Below are positions 46,681-58,900 of a stretch of DNA of 64,000 bases, piece after piece. The number at the start of each line of letters is the position of its first letter. The stretch's first letter is position 1. A program made the translations under genes and the position numbers. The notes under the pieces were generated by a model, which was given only the letters and a program-made list of their open reading frames with translations, searched no databases and had not been told where the DNA came from. Location: the NCBI GenBank assembly GCA_905178155.1, contig CAJINV010000010.1, positions 2,240,778 through 2,304,777 on the forward strand, written 5' to 3'. Source of the stretch: Amoebophrya sp. A120. Its lineage: Eukaryota; Protista; Dinoflagellata.

Positions 46681-49117
46681 AAGTAGTTTAATTATATTCG
46701 AGGTTGCTCAATGTAGACTACTGGCACTAGGTCTCGATCCTTGATAAAAGGCAGCAAGGAGGACCACTTCTGAAAATGAACTTGCTGCACTTACAGGTTG
46801 CTTAGGCGTCAAGAAGCAAGAGTATTCAAAACAAGAAGCGCAGCGTCCACCAACAGGAGCAGCTCTCTGTAAGTTCGTGGTCTTCTAGTTCGATACGATC
46901 AAGAAAAGAAACAACGTGTCGAAAATCAATGAGTTCTCACAAAAACTCGACACAAAAATAGGGAGTCAGTGGCTGATTAATTTTCGTCTACTCGAGTGGT
47001 CTAGAGGTTTAGAGAGAGATCAAAACAGAAGTAGAGATCAAAATAGAAGTAGAGAATAGGTCTTCTAGTTGTAGAGATCAAAATAGAAGTACAGTCTCAG
47101 TCAGCCTTGGAATCCTGTAGCTTGTGCTGTTCTTCCATGCAGTGACGACCACGGGTTGCTCCTTCGATCTGAAAAAATCTTTACCGAATGACCACGAACA
47201 AGAACCTAATCCAAACTTAATATAATCATTTTTAAAAATTGACGGACTCAACTGATCAGGGCCACGACCTTGTTGTTTTTTGAGCCGCACAATCAGAAAT
47301 AAATATACGAGGACCAGGACCGAGCAGTGGAATTTCAAAAAAATTCTTTCTTTCGTCCACATTCACCGCGCAAGGAAGATTTGTGAAGATCCATCAAGGT
47401 GATTTCGATCATCGCGTTCATAATTTTCGATTGGTCTCTGTGATCTTCTGTGAGTGATCCAGATTTCAAAACATCGGCTACAACATGGTCTACTTAACGT
47501 TTTTTTCACCGACTACATCCTCGGCAAGATGACCAATGGCGCTGCTACTGCCGAAGTAGCTCGCTTTTCAATACAAATCCGAATCTGCTGAAGAACATGC
47601 TTTAGATTTTTTCAACAATTTGCTGTTGATCATGACGCGAAAACCCAAAGTTAGTCATCCATGCGTCAGTATTTTTTCACGTTTTTGAAGCAAATTACCG
47701 GCACGGAAATCATTTTCGTTTTCGTTTTTTTTGTAGTTTTTCGTCATCTTACGTGGAGTTTTATGGCAGAGATTATACAGCCTCATCTTACACTTTTATG
47801 TACTAGCTTGCTCTGCTTCCTGAAGCTGCGGAGTTCGTATATTGACATCAGGAAGGTGTGGGTCGTGTCCAATCTTTTTTACTTGCAATATTACTCTGTC
47901 GTGGATGTTGCGGCCATACTTCTATCCATCCGATTTTGGAATCAGCCGTGTCGTAACACGAATCATCCGAGAAGATCATCTTAATTTTTCTTTATCCGCG
48001 CTTCTAGTGCACTATCTTGCTCAGAAAACCAAAACCATAGAAACGAGCACACACGCACTCACTTCAGTATCTATGTATAGATGGGCAAGATGAAATAACT
48101 GGTGGCACGCAGAATCTCATTACAGAAAGAAAAATCTCCTGGGAAGTCGGGAAGAAAAATCAAGATCTCCTCTTTGGCCACTTAAAGCTAGACATAATTT
48201 CCACCAATGTGATTATTTCTTGTTCTTTAGAACAAGAACTGCACCCAAAAAATAAAAAGCGCGACTTAATTCTACCGTGATCCTTTCGTCCGGTGCATTT
48301 CGTCGCCTTCGGCATCAAGGCGGCGCTTTCCCAAGCACGAACGCGTTCGCGCGAGAGCTGTGTCCACCTACACGGCCGCCTGTAGCTACAGAGATTTTAC
48401 AGTGATGAGAAGTTGTGAATTATAACTGGATGCACCAATTTTTTAAGTTTTATAAATTGCACAAGGAGCGCCAAGATTACAACTAAGTTCGTTGCATCTG
48501 TATGTATGTGTTAAGCATAGCAGAAAGCCTGCAGATAGTAGAGAAGCCAGAATTCTGACATATCAATATCGAAGCTGTTCTGCTGATTTCTCTGTCCGGG
48601 CCGGATATAATTATCCGACTCGGCGTACTTAACTCTTCGTCTTCCGCTTTCCTAGCACACCCTTGTTGCTGGTGATGTATTATGACTATGCAGTTGAGAA
48701 TGAAAAATAAAATCAGCGATTGGACCTCGAAATATAGATGCACAAAGTGGTCGGTAGAGAAATAAGCAAAAATCCAGGATTGCTTATTCCTCTACCGTTT
48801 TATCAAAACTGTAACTTTACTTCATTGTTAGCTGTTAGGTTGAAAACATTATCTCGTCCACAACTCGTTTGCATACACCTCCAAGAGATTATCATCATAC
48901 AGTCAAGAGTACATCACGTCTGAAAAATTATACAGCGAGAAATTGATTTTCATAGAGAATATTGCAACGCAGAGTCCAAAATTAAGACCGAAAGCAGATC
49001 AGCCTAGAAACGACTGCAGAAGCTTATTTTCTCCCGTACTTACAAAAACAAGACCCGCTTGTAATTACGGTGTACTCTAAGTGTGATCTATTTTACCGGT
49101 ACAATTATACAAGGAGT

Positions 49118-51525
49118 TTACGTAAACAAACCCAGAGCTTTCCGGAAGTCAGCGACAACTTGTGTGTAGACTTGCGGATCCATGGAGGACTGCATGTTCG
49201 CCAGCGCCAGCTGGCATGCGGTTTTGTTGTGGCCCCAGTTTTTCACCAAGGTTGCGTTCCCGTCTACAATCTGGTGGCGGAACCTATAGCGGTGCGACAT
49301 CTGGCGCGCCAAGTTAGCCGTCGGGAAGGGCGTATCGAACATCTGCTGGATTTCGCTGATGTTCCCCGGCCTTCGCTGGTACTCTTTGTGCTCGAATAAC
49401 AAGCTTGCCTGGAAGAGGGTCAGCGTCGTGATGCCTTCCCGGATCCTCTGCCGGCTCTGCGCGGTGGGATGCTGCATCGCAATCTGCTGCCCAGGGGGTG
49501 CGCCGTTTTGTTGCACCCAGCGCAGGGTTCCCGTGTTCGGCAAAACCGCACCGAGCAGCTTGAAGATCGCGTAGCGGCCCAGGTGGAAACTCGCCGCGAC
49601 AAAGTGCGGCGAAAAGTGGTCGTAATTGCACGTGGGCCGCAAGTGCCCTAGGTCGTGACCAAAGTGGAACACGGGCCAGAACAGCCAGTCGGCCTGTTTT
49701 TCTGTCGCGGCGGGCCCCGCCGCGGGGTCGTAGGTCAGAGACAGTGGGAAGTCTTTGGGCATGTTCATGTAATATAGGGCGTGGTTCGGATCCGTGGTCT
49801 CCGGCAGTCCCGTTGGCATGCGCGGCTGGTAGTCACGTTTGACGGCTACCTCGATGTGGTGAATGCTCAAGGTAAGCCGGAACAACTCGTCCAGGAAGGC
49901 GTCATGTTGTTCCGCGGAGGCAAAAAATTCCGCGCCAAATCGCATTTCCCGGGCTACCTCGCGCACGAACAGGAATCCCAGCATGTTGTCCAGGGTGGAC
50001 AACCGACCCAGATTTCGCTTTAGCTCGCCCACCGTGTTCATCCACGCCGGAAAGCGCGCCGCCTGCAGCTTCGCAGTAAAGCTTGCTTCGGCCGCGGGAG
50101 ACAACGCACTGAGATCTGCAACCGTCTTCCACCGCATCCAGGGCTGCGTCAAACCGTCCACGTAGCGGAAAGCACGCCCCATACCCCCGCAAAGGGCAAA
50201 CATTTGCTTCAAGAAGGCCTTTGCCTCCTCGGGGGCTGCCGTCGTTTGCATCTGAACGCCGGCTTTGTGCTGGAAGTATTTGAGCCAAAATCCCCAGTAA
50301 TTGTTCTGCGTGTCGTCCTGGCCCGCGGGGCCGTGGTCGAGGTAACTGGTTAAGAGAAGAGTAGAAGCGAATTGCTCCACAAACCACGTGACGTGATGGT
50401 TCCCGCGGCGCGGCACAGGGCGCGGGCCTTTGTCCGGATACTCGATAAGCAGGACGTGGTCGTGCACGTTCTGCAGGACAGACTCCACAAACTTTCCTTC
50501 CCCATTCGGGCCGCAACATTTCTCGATCCGCATACCGCCGGCCGACCCGCGCTTTCCGGTGACTGCAGACACCCCTCCATAGTGAAATCGGTACTTCTCT
50601 GGCGTTCCGCTTCCGCCGGCGGTCAGTTCGTTGATGAGTACGTCGTGCTGCTTGCCCCAATTACCGCCCAAAAGCTTATCAAATGCAAAAATGTCATCTG
50701 GGTCTGGAAGATTGCGAGACTTGTCATGCTTGTCTGGGATGTTTGTGATGCGTGTCCAAGAAGAGACCCTTTTGTCTGTCATGCAAAAACGCAGTTTGTC
50801 ATACGAAAAACGCAACACGATTTCTCATGCTTGGCTGGGCATTACAAAGCATTCACTAGTCCCAAGGCAGCATTACAAGTTTCCAGACCCTGACCCAGAC
50901 ATATTTGCATTTCATAAAGCTCGGACCCGGTCAAAACGTCTTTGCCCACAAGTTGCGGTGGTGGAGTAGGCGGAGTCGGTGGTGGAGTAGGCGGAGTCGG
51001 TGGTGGAGTAGGCGGAGTCGGTGGTGGAGTAGGCGCAGTCGGTGGCGGAGTAGGCGCAGTCGGTGGCGGAGTAGGCGCAGTCGGTGGCGGAGTAGGCGCA
51101 GTCGGTGGCGGAGTAGGCGGAGTAGGCGGAGTCGGTGCTGTCGGAGTCGGCGCTGTCGGAACCTGCGTGGGGTTTCTACTCCTCTCCTGGTTGTTGTGTC
51201 TCTCCGCTACCACAATGGCCACCGGCACGGCGATGCCGGTCAACACTCCCAGGACCGCGAGCAGAATCCAGAGCCAAATGAATTTCTGGCAACAAGAAGA
51301 AGCGCGCCGAGGACCACTTCCTTCTCCTTCTGGCGCAGAGTTCTGCGCTTGTTGGGAAGTAGTTGTCAAGAACGGCGTGGCTTCTCCAGCATTCACCTCC
51401 TGAGCTTGAGCCTCAAGAACTTCGCCGTGCATGGGAAGCAAACTGCCTCCCTCCGGGTCTTCTACGTCGACCTTGCTGAAAGACGACATCTCATCCCGCG
51501 ACGCTGCTGCACGAGCGGCCAACAT
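49118..51525 (-). CDS. Type II membrane protein with PPTAPTP stalk, paralog of 43625-45916; 1 introner
   Basis: Joins GSEL|LGGNWG on removing 50677-50916; shares SCCQKF.WLWI.LAVL.V....AVPVA and H.L.HLR...NY.H with the paralog. Confidence 0.8.
50677..50916. mobile_element. Introner, family A
   Basis: Direct repeat AAGCT; frame restored. Confidence 0.9.
50956..51160 (-). repeat. 21-bp coding repeat (PPT[A/P]PTP)n
   Basis: Unit GGTGG(T/C)GGAGTAGGCG(G/C)AGTC. Confidence 0.95.
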
Positions 51526-53113
51526 CTCTACTTATTTACAACAACAGTTTCGACCTGATAAATTATTTTATAGAGAGACAACAAGCAGGACTGATAAAAA
51601 CTCGTCTCCCGTGTTTACTTTACTCGACAAAATGAGTTTTAATGATCCAAAAGTAAGGGCAAAGCAAAAAAGCGCAGCAGCTTCCTCAACAAGAAGCTTC
51701 CTCTAGCGAGTAAAGTTGTTGTCGAACAAGCTACTTAAGTACAGTGTGCGGCCGAGACTACTAACACAGATCTTCGCCTAACGCAAAACACAACACGTCG
51801 GTCCCAAGGGATAATTGTTGTCAATAAATCTACACAGCTTCGCTTTAAATCCAAAAATTTGAATAAACCTCGTCGGCGACGTCGTAATTGTAGAGACAAC
51901 CCACTGGCTGATTACTAGTGTTCGCCTACGATGGAGGTTTGGTCTGTTTGTAGAGCTCTATTCCAAATAGTACAAAAGTATCGGCCTTGTCTTTGCTGTT
52001 CCTTTATGAAATATAAGAAGTCCCTGCAGGCAATTCCTCCGACCACGACTTGTTCCTTCGATAAAGATCCTCACCGATTCTTGACAAAAAAAATCAACCG
52101 TCTTTGATTTTGATGACGGACCATCATGGTCAGGACCACTACTTGATCATTTGATTTTTCTAACCATCAGACATTGTCATGTGGAACCATCAGAAATCAT
52201 CGCGTGGACGAATGCTGCTGTCTTCCGAGTACAAGGACCGAGCACTGCTGCGACATACTTATTACTTCGGAGATGGATCCTTATGCTTTTTCCGACACGA
52301 TTTAGAAACTGTGATCCGCTTTTTCAAATAGAGATGAACGATTTTGTGATCGAGACGAAGGATGAAAACAAACACCATCCGGACTGAGTCACGCTGCGAT
52401 TGAGCAGGACGCGCTTACTTTTCTTCAGCGTCGACTTTCGTTCCTTGTTTTTCTTGCCAAAAAATCAATTGGAGTGCAACTGATAGTATCATTTTCAGAA
52501 GCGAGCTACTTCGTGCCTGCTTCTTTCGGTGCAGGTCTCTTGCGACTTTCCATTGCTTTGGTCTCTTGCGGTTCTTGCATCGGGTCGCCTGCGCCAGGGG
52601 TAAAATCTAGGCAGGGACTCTTTTACCCACCGAATCTAGTGGTAGTGCTCCCACATCTCCACCATCATGCCGCAGTGAGCATGTCATAGTTCGTCACAAT
52701 TTTGATTTCTGCTCTATGTTGTTTTAAGTCCAAGACAAATTTGTTGTTGTTGATGAAGGGGACTGCATCATACATGAACATTGCAAAGTAAATCTACTTC
52801 TACGTACTATAACTTCGGGGGAGAAATACCAATACCAATCATACACTATACTCATACAACAGCGGAAATACACGTCAAATTCCAGAGGGAAGAAGTTTGA
52901 CTAAAAGCACAGTAGCAGGGCGACCTGAACAATGCAAATTCTGTATAACTGTAATCATCAGCTTAACAGCCACAGAGGTGCTGCGATGTCAGCATGGAAC
53001 CTCCTCCGAGGTTGTGGCTCTCTGTGGTCGTCTCCGGCACTGCTTACTTCGTACTTGAGGTTCTTCTTGTGCTGGGTGCGGGTGGTGATAATGATAAACT
53101 CCTGCTCTGATGA

Positions 53114-53406
53114 TATGCATTGCAAACATGTCTGGGAGGTCTGGAAACCTTGAATGCTAAATGGTCATCCGTGAGCGCCAACGGCCCTTTAGCTTTAAGT
53201 GCAGTGCAGCATGACAATTTTTTCAAACACTTTCACAGGCTTGGTTGTGCTTGTGCGCTTTACCATTAAGTACAAACTGCGCTTTTTCATTGCACGAAAC
53301 AACCTGTGGCGCTCTTGTTGCTTTTATGCAATACAGATTTTTCTGGAATCCTGGACACGCAATACAGGTTCAACCTTTCCAGACCAAGACAAATTTGCAT
53401 TCCATA
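53114..53406. mobile_element. Family A element without a matching direct repeat, probably in a 3' UTR
   Basis: TATGCATTGCAAACATGTCTGGG...TTTGCATTCCATA; flanks GATGA and CCTCT do not match. Confidence 0.7.
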
Positions 53407-53522
53407 CCTCTTGCATGGGAACGACGACGACGACTAAATTATGCTGCGCGCCATGAAGATTTTTCCCGGTGCTTTCAGTCGACGAATTTACCTGCATTAC
53501 GACGAGTCGGAGGCGCGATTTA

Positions 53523-54281
53523 TTACTGGTGGTGACCACTCTGTGGTTGCTGTTGTGCTTGGGCTCCAGTCCGTTGTTGCGATAAAAAACGATTCCGTTC
53601 TTCTTGCTGTCCTTGCCAAAGAGCCTCTCCCTGGTCAACGTAGGGCGACCCGTCGGCGTAGCAACACAGGTTGAAAACCGTCTTTCCGTCAGGAGAAAAA
53701 CCATCTGGGAAGGGCGGCCGCCCAGACGCAGTAGCGCGGCATGCAAATACCAGGTCGCCGCCACGCGTGATATATCCGCCGGTGCTGGGCAGCTCCGCAC
53801 CGTGAGACGACTGAGCTGCACTCGGGATCATGAAAAGAGCAGCGTCCAAATTGAGGCCTCGTCGAGATGAATCTGTTCCACCTGCACCACTGGAAGTGCC
53901 TATGCCGCTGCCGGCAGGAAATATACCATGTCGAAAATAAGGATCCTGGCCCTGAGCCTGAGCATAGGGAAAATCATAGACATCCGGTCGCGATCCAGAG
54001 AACGAGGCCTGCCCGATTACTACCGCTTGTTGTCCTTGATGTTGATGTCCGACTCCGGCGGGAGCGGCATGAGAATCAGTGTCCTCCTCCGCGTCGGAAT
54101 CCTGAACGTCAGCCCAACGACCGCCTTCGGGCATATTTCCCCCACGAACTTGTTCTTCTTCTATGGGCGTGGTCAGCTTCTTCCGCCACTTGCCCTGCTT
54201 CGCAGGACGCAACGCGACAGCCTCTGAACCAAGCACCGCGGCTGCCAGATGAACGAAGGACAAAAGGCGACTAGGCGACAT
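53523..54281 (-). CDS. Hypothetical secreted protein, 252 aa
   Basis: ATG start; signal-peptide-like MSPSRLLSFVHLAAAVLGSEAVA; TAATAA stop. Confidence 0.65.
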   Translation of the reverse strand: MSPSRLLSFVHLAAAVLGSEAVALRPAKQGKWRKKLTTPIEEEQVRGGNMPEGGRWADVQDSDAEEDTDSHAAPAGVGHQHQGQQAVVIGQASFSGSRPDVYDFPYAQAQGQDPYFRHGIFPAGSGIGTSSGAGGTDSSRRGLNLDAALFMIPSAAQSSHGAELPSTGGYITRGGDLVFACRATASGRPPFPDGFSPDGKTVFNLCCYADGSPYVDQGEALWQGQQEERNRFLSQQRTGAQAQQQPQSGHHQ

Positions 54282-55904
54282 TTTGGTCTTCGAATTCGTT
54301 CGTATAGGTTATCGTTATATTCGGTGATGTTGATTTAAAACTTCTTGCTTATATGGTCTTGGGTGAAAGAAGTCAGTGTGAGCACACGACAAGTACCGGT
54401 GTTCTTTAGTTTTGTACTGTAGATTCAATTATGCACTTACTGTACTAACTTAGCTGCAACAGGAACAAGGTCTCTTGATTTTTGCGCGAGGATCTTTGAT
54501 GTTGTCAAAGTAGAAGCTGAAGCTGTTGCACTCGTTGTACTTGTTCTTCAAAGTCGTGTAGAAGACACTGGCGATAAGTAGACAACTGCGTCGACGCGGC
54601 GATAGTTGTAGTTTACTTAAGTTGCTGTTGGTTTTTTGTACTGAGCAAGAGTTTTGCGATCAACGAACATGTATGTCATGACAATACATAGATACGTGGT
54701 CTGTGTTCGTTCTCTTCGTCGTTCCGACAATTTGGAAGTACCTACATTGACCCGTCCAAATGTACAGATTTAGGATCCTCACAATGTTACTTTTTGATTT
54801 TTAGGCCCGACTGTGCACAAGTAGAAGACTAAACTTCGGAGCGATGATCATGATCCTTTATTGAATTTATGACTTACGACATAGCGCCTCAGGCCTTTCT
54901 TTCCGACACGATCTAGAGATGACTGCGATTCGCTTCAATGTGCAGCGAGCGCCTCAACGAAATGATCTGGGGAACCGAACCGAGAAATTGATCTGGGTTG
55001 ATCTTTTATTTTGATTTTCCTATTCTTTCCGGAACTCATGAAGAAGTTGTGCAAGACGAAAGGTGGAGGTACCATTCCACAAAGCATTGCACCTGGCGTA
55101 GTCGCACAGCACTGAGAGATGAAAATAATCTTCATCCCTGCCCCAGGAGTCATAAATTTCACGTGGTCAGCAACCATTTTTTATTGAAGAAAAATACCAG
55201 CTCAACAACTACCTTGGTAGTTCGGGCTTCTTCTTGGTCCAGCCCTTGTTGTTCTATCTTTCCGTTCGATTTTTACTTCCTTTCTTACTGCTGTTAAGCG
55301 TACTTTTACTTTGTCTGAATTCGGCTAAGGCTTTACTGTAACTGTATCATCTTCTAATTTTCGCGACATACACTCCGGGTCGTGGTCCCCTGAGTCACTA
55401 TCCCCATCCCGATTCCCGTGATTCCTGCTCGTTTTCGTTGATATAAAAACTGATAGCTTATTTTCAATAAAGTATTCTATTTCTGCACTGGTACTATATC
55501 AGAGTTGGAGAAAAAGTTGTGTTAAGCGGTCTCGCTCGAAATATCGGCGAATCTTTGGCCGCGGTTGCCGTGGTTGCTCCTTCAAACACTCATTTTGGCG
55601 CGTAGTTTCTCGCATCTCGTGTCAACCGCGACCTCACAGGGCAAAGGTAAAGATCAAGCTCTCGACACTTATGTCAACATGATGAAAGTCACAGTACAGG
55701 AAGAGGAACTACACTTGTACAACCAGGAGAACAAATTTTACAGCCTGTAGTAACTTTCACATCCTGAAGGAAGCTCTACTGCTGAAAAGTGAAATAAACA
55801 AAAGCTCACCAACACTACACCTTCACACGCTCGGGAAGTCGTGAAAGCTGACACGAGATGAAGTTCGCTGTTTGTTCTTTGTAGGTACTAAGTACACAAA
55901 GTTC

Positions 55905-58900
55905 TCACTTCGCCGCCTGCTCCGCCTGTTTGTTCATTTTATTCACCGCGTCAATTTGCATCTCGTCTGCAAGGTCCGGCGAAATGTGCTCCAGTTTCAA
56001 CTGCATCTCCACTTTGCCCGACTCCTTACTGTAACTGTGCTGCGCCACGTTATTCAGGTTAGAACTTTTCACGCTGCTCTTGCCGTTTATGCAAGAAAAA
56101 AACTCTGCGATGTATTGTGCAGATTGCTTCATTTCCTACTCCTAGTCCTAGCCATAGCCTGTTAGCATGACATCAGACATGCTCTGCATGACAGAGAAAG
56201 TCTGCCATCAAGCACGGCTAGTATCCGAATCGGTGTGATGAAATCACGACCTATGAAATGACCCAGGGTTGTTGTGCCACTCGTCCAGCAATTGCTGGCC
56301 GGGGCCGGCATGACACGTGTATTAGCTTATTTGTAGTAGCATGCATTGCGTTTAGCTAGTTACTATACAGAAGATTTCCTGTACTTAACACGGCACGTTT
56401 CTTCTTGCATACTGTTTATTTTCTTCGGAGTGGGCTGGTTCGAGCTCTTGCTGTTGCCTTTCTGGTATGCATTGCAAAAGCATCGCCGTAAAAGAGATCA
56501 TCGCAGTCATGCATCACAAGCGTCTTTCTTCTAGATGTGTAAATTCTGTTTTTCATGCTGACGAAATTTGTCATGCGATTTCCACTAGTCTAGGATACTT
56601 TTGCACAGGATATGTGGTTGACTTCTATCCGCTCCAGCTGTGCGCTGCCCTGACCCACCAGTTGGTTTACGATCGCCTCGCGCTCGCCGTCAATGTGCAC
56701 CTTCGGGATATTGTTGCTGTGCCGGGCCGCTTATGCAGTGCAAAAGTATCGTACTAGTAGTAATTGCAATACAAGTTAGCTCAGCATGACAAATGAAATT
56801 TGTCATGCTGTTTTGCCTTGGGATGGAGATTTGTAATGCATGATTGCGATTACTACGCGTACGATACTTTTGCACAGGATACCGCTCCCGCGAAAAGCAC
56901 TTTCGTGTAGGCTTCGGCAGGATTTTTGATCGCCTCCTCCGCTTCCCGCTTCTGTAGGTGGTCCGTCCTGGCCTTGATCAGACTCTGCAGGGAAAAGAAG
57001 GGGTTCTCGAACACGCTCTCCGGCTCCGCCTGGCCATGCAGATTGCTGTACGTGTTCGCCTATCAAATGCAAAAATGTCTGGGTCTGGAAGATTGCGAGA
57101 TTTGTCATGCTGATCTGGCATGGCCCTTAAATCTGTATTGCGTGGCCACAAACAGCCTCTCTCGCCTGTCATGCAAAAACGCAGTTTCTCATGCGGGATA
57201 CGCAGCACAGAAGAACGAAGCAACTTGTCATGCTTGGCGGCGAATTGCAGTGCGTTTGTTATATGACTGACTTGCATCACAAGTTTCCAGACCCAGACAT
57301 TTTTGCATTTCATATCGCCGGACCAAAGCTGTTTTTCTTCGGTCCAGCCCCATCGACGCCTTTTGCGCCGCCGGCCGCATGCTCTTCGAATTATCATCTG
57401 TAAAAACGTCCCCACCCCAGAGTCAAGATGGGGATTTTGCAACACAAACCTAGAAGTTTTTGCTGTTTCGCATGAGAAATTTGGACTCGTAGTCGTGTAG
57501 TGCTGTTTGAAGTAGTGAAGACGCATCACAAATGGACTACTTCATCGTGATTCCATTTCCAGCATCACAAACCTCCAGATAGCATTAGAAAATGGCTCTC
57601 ATGTGGCTGCGCAAGAGGAACATTTTAGGCATGCCACTTTGCATGACAAGTCTGGGGTGGGGACGTTTCTGCAAATCATACGAATGCGGTCTTCATCATT
57701 TTGTCCAGCGACATCCGCCCAAACTTCTTCTGCTGGTGACTTTCGATCACCTGATTGATCGAGTTGCTGTGTACTTCCGTCGGCTTGTTCTTGTTCGCGC
57801 CGAATATCCCGCCAGGATCGGCAATGTTGTCGAGGTTCTGTTGCTATCCTGTGCAAAAGTATCGCACTCGTATTTTGCAGTCATGCATTACAAATCTTGA
57901 TCTTAAGGGAAATCAGCATTACAGATTTCATTTCTCATGCTGAGGAAATTTGTAATGCATTTATATATACGAGTACGATACTTTTCAATTCATAGTTGCA
58001 GGTGGTCCAGCTTCTTCGTGCCGAAGCACATGGCCAGGTCGTTCTCGGTATGAATTGCAAATATGTCTGGGTCTGGAAGAATGGAAGTTTGTCATGCTTG
58101 TCTGGCATGATTCGACAATCTGTGTTGCATAGGCACGAAGAGGCCCTCTTAATACCGGTCATGCAAAAACGCAGCTTGCCATGCGGAATACGCAACACAT
58201 GGCAGCCAAAATAAAATTTGTCATGCATAGCTGCGTATTGCAGTGCGTCTATCATTTTTCACTTTTAGCATTACATGTTTCCAGACCCAGACATATTTGC
58301 AATCCATACTCGAGAATCTTTGTCTCGACTGGATCGTCCACTAACTCCGCAATCTGGCCCCGGTAGTCCTGCAGCAGTGCCCGCAAGCAGGACCACAGTT
58401 GCTTCTGGAACAAGGATTTTTTCTTGATCATGATTGTCTTCAGGTCCAGCAGCACTGGGAGAATTTTCTCTTGGAGTAGTCTTTTCTGCACGGTTCCCCG
58501 GAGATTATCCATCGCGAGCTGCTGCTTGTCATCGCTTGGGTTTTTTTCGTCCTCCGGTTGGTCAATTTCCAGGCCGCCCTTGCCCAAAACCATGCAGCGC
58601 ATCTCTTTGCTGGACAACAAAATCAGGCAGTCCATCAACACACACCCGGCTGGGGTCATGACATCAGTGGGAAACGGCACGCAGTTCGTATTTTTCTGCG
58701 ACGGGTGTCAAAAGGAAAAACCCCCCTCTCCTCATAGTAAAAAGAAATTTCTGACGCTGGATTTGGATACACAAATCTGCAAGACGGACCCGGTTCTTTG
58801 TGGTCACAAATCTGCATCACAAATTTTCAGAAGGATACGCCTTTCAACATGTGAACCAGGGGGTATTTTTCCTCGCAATAACGGGTCGTTTGCGATTTCC

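Noticed and set aside
47014-47092. Three short GAGATCAAAA(C/T)AGAAGTA repeats
   Set aside because: Small local duplication in intergenic DNA with no further structure.
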